From Thermoproteota archaeon (GTDB lineage Archaea; Korarchaeota; JAOZGF01; JAOZFZ01), in NCBI GenBank assembly GCA_027492035.1, contig JAOZFT010000020.1, positions 32,001-96,000 of the forward strand: a DNA stretch of 64,000 bases, in the 5' to 3' direction. Position numbers and translations under genes: made by a program. This document shows positions 58,552 to 64,000 of this stretch, in pieces. Under the pieces are notes generated by a model. The model was not told where the DNA came from and ran no database searches. It worked only from the letters and a program-made list of their open reading frames with translations. Numbering within the stretch: position 1 is the stretch's first letter; the number at the start of each line of letters is the position of its first letter.

Positions 58552-59688
58552 TTGACTGTAGATTTTTTTGGGGGGTTACTTATGGAAAATGAAGCCGTAA
58601 AGTTTTTGATGGAAATCACCCGAGTTAAAAGTTTCTCTGGTGAAGAAGAGGAAGTGGCAGGTATTATCAGGGAGGAAATGGATGAATTAGGGTTTGAAAA
58701 AACAGGTGTGGATGAAGTAGGAAATGTTTGGGGCTTGATAAGGGGTAAAAGTGACAGTTACTTAATGTTTGAAGGACACATGGACACTGTTAAACCAGGT
58801 AGAGTTGAAAACTGGGTTTTTCCACCCTTCTCCGGAAAAGTGGTTGATGGAGAAATTTATGGAAGAGGGGCAGCTGATATGAAGGGATCAATTGCAGCCA
58901 TGATTTATTCTGCTTCTGAAATAAAGGAACCGGAAAAAGGGTTGATCTGTGCTTTCGTGGTGCATGAGGAAGATCAGGAAGGCTTCGGCATCAGGCATTT
59001 TCTCAAAAATACAGGCATTAAACCTGAAATTGTGGTGTTAGGAGAACCGACAAACTTAAATATTGCGATAGGCCACAGGGGAAGAGCGGAAATTGTTGTG
59101 AAAATTAGAGGCAGGACCGGGCACTCAAGCATGCCCCATCTAGGTGAGAATGCCCTCTTAAAAACTTGTTCAAAGATTTTGAAACTTAAAAATATTCCTT
59201 TGCCTGAAAATAAGGAGTTAGGTTCTGCTTCAATAACTCCTGTCTCGGTTAATTGTTCACCCGGTGAAATTCCAATAACTCCAGACTATTGCGAAATTTT
59301 ACTTGATAGAAGAATAGTTCCAGGGGAAAGTAAACAATCCATTATAGATGAACTTGAAAACTTTCTCCAGGTAAAGGCTGAGGTAAGGAAGAAGATCATT
59401 AAATGTTACACAGGCTTCAAAGAAAAAGTTGACTGTTACTTTCCAGCTTTTTATATCCGGAGAAACGAAATAAAAATGTTATCGAAAAAACTGGGTGCTA
59501 AACTAATTACTTGGAAATTTGGAACAGATGGTTCCTACACCGCAGGAGTTAAGGAAATTTTAACCTTTGGATACGGACCAGGCGAAGAAGAAATGGCTCA
59601 CGTCCCAAACGAAAAATTAAACCTTAAAAAATTCATGAAAAGTATTTCAGGGTACAAAAAAATTTTCTCTTTTCTTTCTACCCATTAG
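58552..59688 (+). CDS. M20 metallopeptidase (ArgE/YgeY-like); start probably ATG 58582
   Basis: EGHMDTV, GRGAADMK, HEED, GEPT, GHRGR, GTDG, AHVPNE. Confidence 0.88.
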   Translation: MTVDFFGGLLMENEAVKFLMEITRVKSFSGEEEEVAGIIREEMDELGFEKTGVDEVGNVWGLIRGKSDSYLMFEGHMDTVKPGRVENWVFPPFSGKVVDGEIYGRGAADMKGSIAAMIYSASEIKEPEKGLICAFVVHEEDQEGFGIRHFLKNTGIKPEIVVLGEPTNLNIAIGHRGRAEIVVKIRGRTGHSSMPHLGENALLKTCSKILKLKNIPLPENKELGSASITPVSVNCSPGEIPITPDYCEILLDRRIVPGESKQSIIDELENFLQVKAEVRKKIIKCYTGFKEKVDCYFPAFYIRRNEIKMLSKKLGAKLITWKFGTDGSYTAGVKEILTFGYGPGEEEMAHVPNEKLNLKKFMKSISGYKKIFSFLSTH

Positions 59689-59742
59689 CAAAACTAAAAA
59701 ATTAAAATAATAGGGGGAGGAAATGTAAAGGAAGGTGTTTTT

Positions 59743-60687
59743 ATGGCTCAAAACATAGACTGGGCAGGAGACGTCTTTATTTCTCATGCCGACGTAAAGA
59801 AAGGGATGTCTGTTTCAAGTTTTGTTAAAGAGTTGGGGAAATGTGGTTTCCAAGCTAGAAAAATAGCTATGGCTGTTAAAGTACTTTCAGATATGGTGTC
59901 AGATAAGGAATGCACTAAGTTTTTAGCTTTAGCAGGAACAATGGTGCCTGGGGGAATGAGGAAAGTCATTTGTGAATTCTTAAGGGAGAAGTTTTTTGAC
60001 GTAGTGGTTTCTACAGGTGCAAACCTTACACATGACCTTATTGAAGCTTTTGGTGAAAAACATAAATTCATGGATTCTGAAGAAACAGATGTTGAACTCC
60101 AAGTGAAAGGAATCAACAGGATCTATAACGTGCTTTTACCTAACAGAGGATATGTTGCGTTAGAGAATGGGCTGCGTAAATTATTTCCTAAGCTTCCTCA
60201 AAAGGAAATGAGTTCTAGAGAATTCCTTTACGAGCTTGGGTTAAAAATAAGAGATAAAAACTCCATACTTAAAGTTGCAGCTGAAAAAAAAATCCCTGTT
60301 TTTGCACCTTCGCTTCCAGATTCAGTTCTAGGTTTCCAGGTTTGGATGTATTCACAGAACCATGACTTAACAGTGAACACAACCATCGACCAAGGTGAAG
60401 TTCTAGACATTGTTTTTGAATCAGAGAAAACTGGTGCATTAGTAGTTGGGGGAGGTGTTCCAAAGCATTACGTGGCAATGGCCGCCCAAATAGCTGACAA
60501 ACCTTTAAAATATGCTGTACAAATTACTTTAGATAGACCTGAAGGTGGAGGTGTTTCAGGCGCTAAATTAGAGGAAGCTAAATCATGGAGAAAAGTTCAT
60601 CCTAAAGCTGAAACTGTTGATTTAGTTTGCGACGCAACTATAGCCTTACCTTTAATTTTAGCAGCTCTAAAAGACAGGTTAAGGTAG
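59743..60687 (+). CDS. dys: Deoxyhypusine synthase
   Basis: GFQA, STGANLTHD, GINRIYN, GGGVPKH, EAKSWRK (catalytic Lys), CDATI. Confidence 0.9.
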   Translation: MAQNIDWAGDVFISHADVKKGMSVSSFVKELGKCGFQARKIAMAVKVLSDMVSDKECTKFLALAGTMVPGGMRKVICEFLREKFFDVVVSTGANLTHDLIEAFGEKHKFMDSEETDVELQVKGINRIYNVLLPNRGYVALENGLRKLFPKLPQKEMSSREFLYELGLKIRDKNSILKVAAEKKIPVFAPSLPDSVLGFQVWMYSQNHDLTVNTTIDQGEVLDIVFESEKTGALVVGGGVPKHYVAMAAQIADKPLKYAVQITLDRPEGGGVSGAKLEEAKSWRKVHPKAETVDLVCDATIALPLILAALKDRLR

Positions 60688-60745
60688 ACCCCTTTCTGGT
60701 TAAGGGATATGTTTCAGGTATTAGGGAAAACATGGAGATAATAAA

Positions 60746-61520
60746 ATGGATTTATTATTTATCGCACCTATGTTGCTCTTTTTCATAGCGTTTATTTTTT
60801 CTATGTTGGGCATGAGCGGATCTCAACTTTCTACTCCTATCCTGTTTTGGTTGGGAACGGATTTTAAAACACAAGTAATTCCGCTTGGGATGCTTTTAAA
60901 TGTTGTTAACAGTGCATCTGCTGCTGGTAGATATGGGAAAAAGAAACTAATTGACTGGAAAGTTGCAGCGCTTTTTAGTTTCGTTATGATGCTGTTTGCT
61001 CCTCTCGATACATGGTTAAATATAAGTTTACCAACAAAACCAGTGATTTTAACCTTCGCAATATTCACTGCTGCAGCTGCGTTGTTAATGCTTAATAATT
61101 TGGAAACCGAGAAAAGAAAGGTCTTGGGAGTTTCTAGTAGTTCAATCCTTGGTTTCTTTGCTGGATTAATAGGAAGAGGCGGAGGTAGCTTTGTTGTGCC
61201 TTTGTTATATATGGTAGGTTTAGGAGTGAAAACAGCAGCACTTCCGCCTTTGTAGTGACATGTTCAGGTGTTTTAAGTTTCGTTTCTCATATTTTCACTG
61301 CTGCACAGCCTAATTGGATTATATGGATCCTTTGCGCGTTTTCAGTTTTAATGGAGGGCAAGTAGGTTCCTATGTAATGGCTACAAAATTAAAACCGAAA
61401 TATACGAAAAAAGTATTTGGAGCAGTGTTGCTTGGAGATGCAGCGATTCTTATTAATCCAAAATTTCTTAATAAATTAGGCAACCAAGGTTTCCCTTTTA
61501 AGAAAATAATTCTTTTATAA
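60746..61520 (+). pseudogene. Frameshifted TauE/SafE sulfite-exporter family gene
   Basis: AGLIGRGGGSFVVP in the first frame; continuation TSAFVVTCSG...WILCAFSV and GGQVGS...KKVFGAVLL in other frames. Confidence 0.75.
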
Positions 61521-61932
61521 TGTTAAAAGCATATTTTTACAAAACATTTAGGGACTTCTAATGTTTTAGCTTCACTGCCCAATTTAACTTTTACTTAAGA
61601 AACGCAGCAACAAATAAATGAACTTTTTAAGCTTGTACTGCACACTTAAATCAAGTCTCCGCTTACTTTGTTTATTTTTGATACTTTGAAAAACAACAAA
61701 GTTTAACAAAATTTTTAAAGAAGAACATTTCTAAATTATTTTTTCTACTTAGAACACTTCCTAACTTTTTTCTGGCTTAAAAAATCTTTCACTTGAACCT
61801 TTAACCATTGGAAAAATTCATTTAAACTGAAGTTAACAACAGAAAACAATTCTCTTCGCAGCTGGAAAATATAGGAAGAGAAACTGTGAAACAAGTAAAA
61901 TGTAAATAAATTAGAAGAGGTGATTTTTCACT

Positions 61933-62703
61933 GTGTTTAAGGTACCTATTAAAGAAAACGAGAAATTAAAAACTGTTGTTGACAGAATTAACAGCAACTC
62001 GAAAATTCAAACTCTCTGGAAAAGCGCAAACATTACAGCTATTGATAGACTTAACTTTACAGACCATGGGCCTACACATGCAAAGATTGTTTCAAACATT
62101 GCTTTAAGAATTTTTAGGATATTAAGCAAATACGGAATTGTTTCAAATATTGAAAAAGATTACGAATTAGCGAAGGAAGATGCTGAAATCGTCATTGTAT
62201 TAGCTTCTGCTCTTCATGATATTGGAATGGCTGTACACAGAGTTAAACATTACTTTTTCAGTGTAGTTTTAGCTACTGACCTATTAAATGAAGTTCTTGA
62301 AGGAATTTACAGTGAAGAAGTGAAAACAATAATTTCGACAGAGGTTTTGCACGCAATTGTTTCTCATCACCACGACATTCATCCTCTGACTTTGGAAGCG
62401 GGGATAGTGAGGGTTGCAGATGCTTTAGACATGGCTAAAGGAAGGGCAAGAATCCCTTTTGAAATAGGAAAAATAAGTATACATTCAGTTTCAGCATTAT
62501 CTATTGAAGAAATAAAAATAGAAGAAGGTAAAGAGAAACCTGTAGAAATAAAAATTAAAATGAGCAATTCAAGCGGGATTTTTCAAGTGGATGAATTGTT
62601 AAAAAATAAAATCAGGAATTCAGGGCTTGAAAAATACTTACAAGTAAAGGCTGAAATAACAGCTGAAAAAGAAAAGAAAATAATTGATAAATTCACTCTT
62701 TAA
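61933..62703 (+). CDS. HD-domain phosphohydrolase (archaeal family)
   Basis: DHGPTH, LHDIG, H...H, ADALDMAKGRAR, IHSVSA. Confidence 0.85.
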   Translation: MFKVPIKENEKLKTVVDRINSNSKIQTLWKSANITAIDRLNFTDHGPTHAKIVSNIALRIFRILSKYGIVSNIEKDYELAKEDAEIVIVLASALHDIGMAVHRVKHYFFSVVLATDLLNEVLEGIYSEEVKTIISTEVLHAIVSHHHDIHPLTLEAGIVRVADALDMAKGRARIPFEIGKISIHSVSALSIEEIKIEEGKEKPVEIKIKMSNSSGIFQVDELLKNKIRNSGLEKYLQVKAEITAEKEKKIIDKFTL

Positions 62704-62963
62704 CCATGTACAACCAAATAAATTTTTGGAAGAAGGTTTGTGGAAAGTTTAAGTAATAACAGGAATATCTGCTTCCCTCATTGTTTCCCTATTTCAAAAA
62801 AGGCCTTTTTTGGGGAAGGTTAGTTATAGGACTTATGTTTGTGTTAAAAGTTCTTTGTCAAAGAAATGGGATGTTTCTTGACACTTTTTCAAGTTTTGCC
62901 TCCCTTTATACCTTTTCTCACATGGATTAAGGAATGGTTAATGAAGGGGGATATTTTGCTGAG

Positions 62964-64000
62964 CTACTTGCTAATAGCCTCTTTCAGCGATTCAGGAAAA
63001 GGTTTTTTCAGAATTCCTTTTTCAGTAATTATCCCGGTCAATAGAGATGGGGGAGTAATGTCGAAAGCGTAATAAATAGCTTCAACTTTTTCGGGAGTTA
63101 TTCTTTTCCCAAAAATTTCAGTTACTTCTTCGCTTGGCCTCTTTTCTATTTCCACATCCTTTATTTCCGAGCTTAGGTCTATAGTGCTTGTTGGAGCTAC
63201 AGAATAGAAAGGTTTCTTGTTTTCTCTGCAGACTAAAGCTAAAGGGTAAGTTCCTATTTTATTTACAACGTATCCCTCCTTGGTTATTCTGTCAGCACCC
63301 ACTAAAGCTAAATCAACTTTCTCTTTTTCTAAAATTATACCTATTGAGTTGTCAGTTATTACTTTAACGTTTATCCCCGCTTTTTGAAGCTCCCAAGCTG
63401 TTAACCTTGCTCCTTGAAGATACGGCCTTGTTTCCATAACTATAACATTTATTTCCTTTCCTTCTGACTTGGCAGTGTATATAGGTGATAAAACTGTACC
63501 GTAGTAGCTTGTGGCTAATGAACCTGCGTTACATACTGTTATTACTGTGTCTCCATCCCTAAGAATTTTGTTTCCATGTACACCAATCAATTTATTTGTT
63601 TCCTCATCTTCTAAAGTGATTTTTTTAGCCTCTTCAACAATTTTTTGCTTCATTTCCTCAACAGAAGAACAATTTAAGGCTTGGTTATAGATCCTGTTTA
63701 AAGCCCAGAAAAGGTTTACGGCTGTGGGCCTTGTCTTCTCCAAAAACTTTTTGGCATTCTCCAATTCTTTCAAAGCATTTTTTAATTCATCTTCCTTGAT
63801 TTGTAAAGCAGCTAAAGCTAAACCGTAAGCAGCAGCTACACCAAGTGCAGGGGCGCCTCTTATCTCCATTCTTTTTATAGCTTCACCCAACCTCCTATAA
63901 TCTCTAGTTTCTATAAACTCAAGCTTCCAAGGCAGTTTTAACTGGTTAATCAATTTAACTTTACCGTCCAACCACTCAATGGTTCTAGGAATTCCTAAAT
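62964..64000 (-). CDS. mtnA: Methylthioribose-1-phosphate isomerase (start beyond right edge)
   Basis: MEIRGAPA, TRPTAVNL, CNAGSLAT, ETRPYLQGARLT, GADRI, NKIGTY, FDITP. Frame stays open to the edge (LGIPRTIEWLDGK). Confidence 0.9.
   Translation of the reverse strand, partial: LGIPRTIEWLDGKVKLINQLKLPWKLEFIETRDYRRLGEAIKRMEIRGAPALGVAAAYGLALAALQIKEDELKNALKELENAKKFLEKTRPTAVNLFWALNRIYNQALNCSSVEEMKQKIVEEAKKITLEDEETNKLIGVHGNKILRDGDTVITVCNAGSLATSYYGTVLSPIYTAKSEGKEINVIVMETRPYLQGARLTAWELQKAGINVKVITDNSIGIILEKEKVDLALVGADRITKEGYVVNKIGTYPLALVCRENKKPFYSVAPTSTIDLSSEIKDVEIEKRPSEEVTEIFGKRITPEKVEAIYYAFDITPPSLLTGIITEKGILKKPFPESLKEAISK

Noticed and set aside
1932-63072. Many 60-220 aa ORFs antisense to or nested in called genes (e.g. 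2271..2792, 19678..20190, 32180..32593, 56407..57060)
   Set aside because: Shadow ORFs with Ser/Phe/Ile-rich antisense composition and no motifs.

Overview
Low-GC archaeal chromosome segment from an anaerobe, probably a thermophile. Evidence: archaeal LeuRS, deoxyhypusine synthase, MptA, IPCT/DIPPS, tungsten AOR and WtpABC. The gene content resembles Bathyarchaeia, but that is inference. Most of the window is metabolic or housekeeping: two adjacent feo loci (one feoB split), an APC permease-phosphoesterase-nucleotidyltransferase operon, LplA, ThiI, a form IV RuBisCO-like protein, AOR, wtpABC, cooF-cooS-FNOR-cooC, a LutB/CCG pair, an mptA-dmrX-DHPS pterin cluster and mtnA. The main signal missed by the ORF track is a decaying integron-like platform at about 25.3-27.8 kb. 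It has an integrase N-terminal stub, an attI-like site, three attC-like hairpins (two pair with the start of their own cassette), and cassettes for hicBA, an orphan ORF, a membrane-protein pseudogene and an MNT-HEPN remnant. Other notable items are a DHDPS-family aldolase fused to formaldehyde-activating enzyme and a carbamoyltransferase with an altered substrate site. I saw no rRNA, tRNA or CRISPR array. All family calls come from motif recognition by eye, not database searches.
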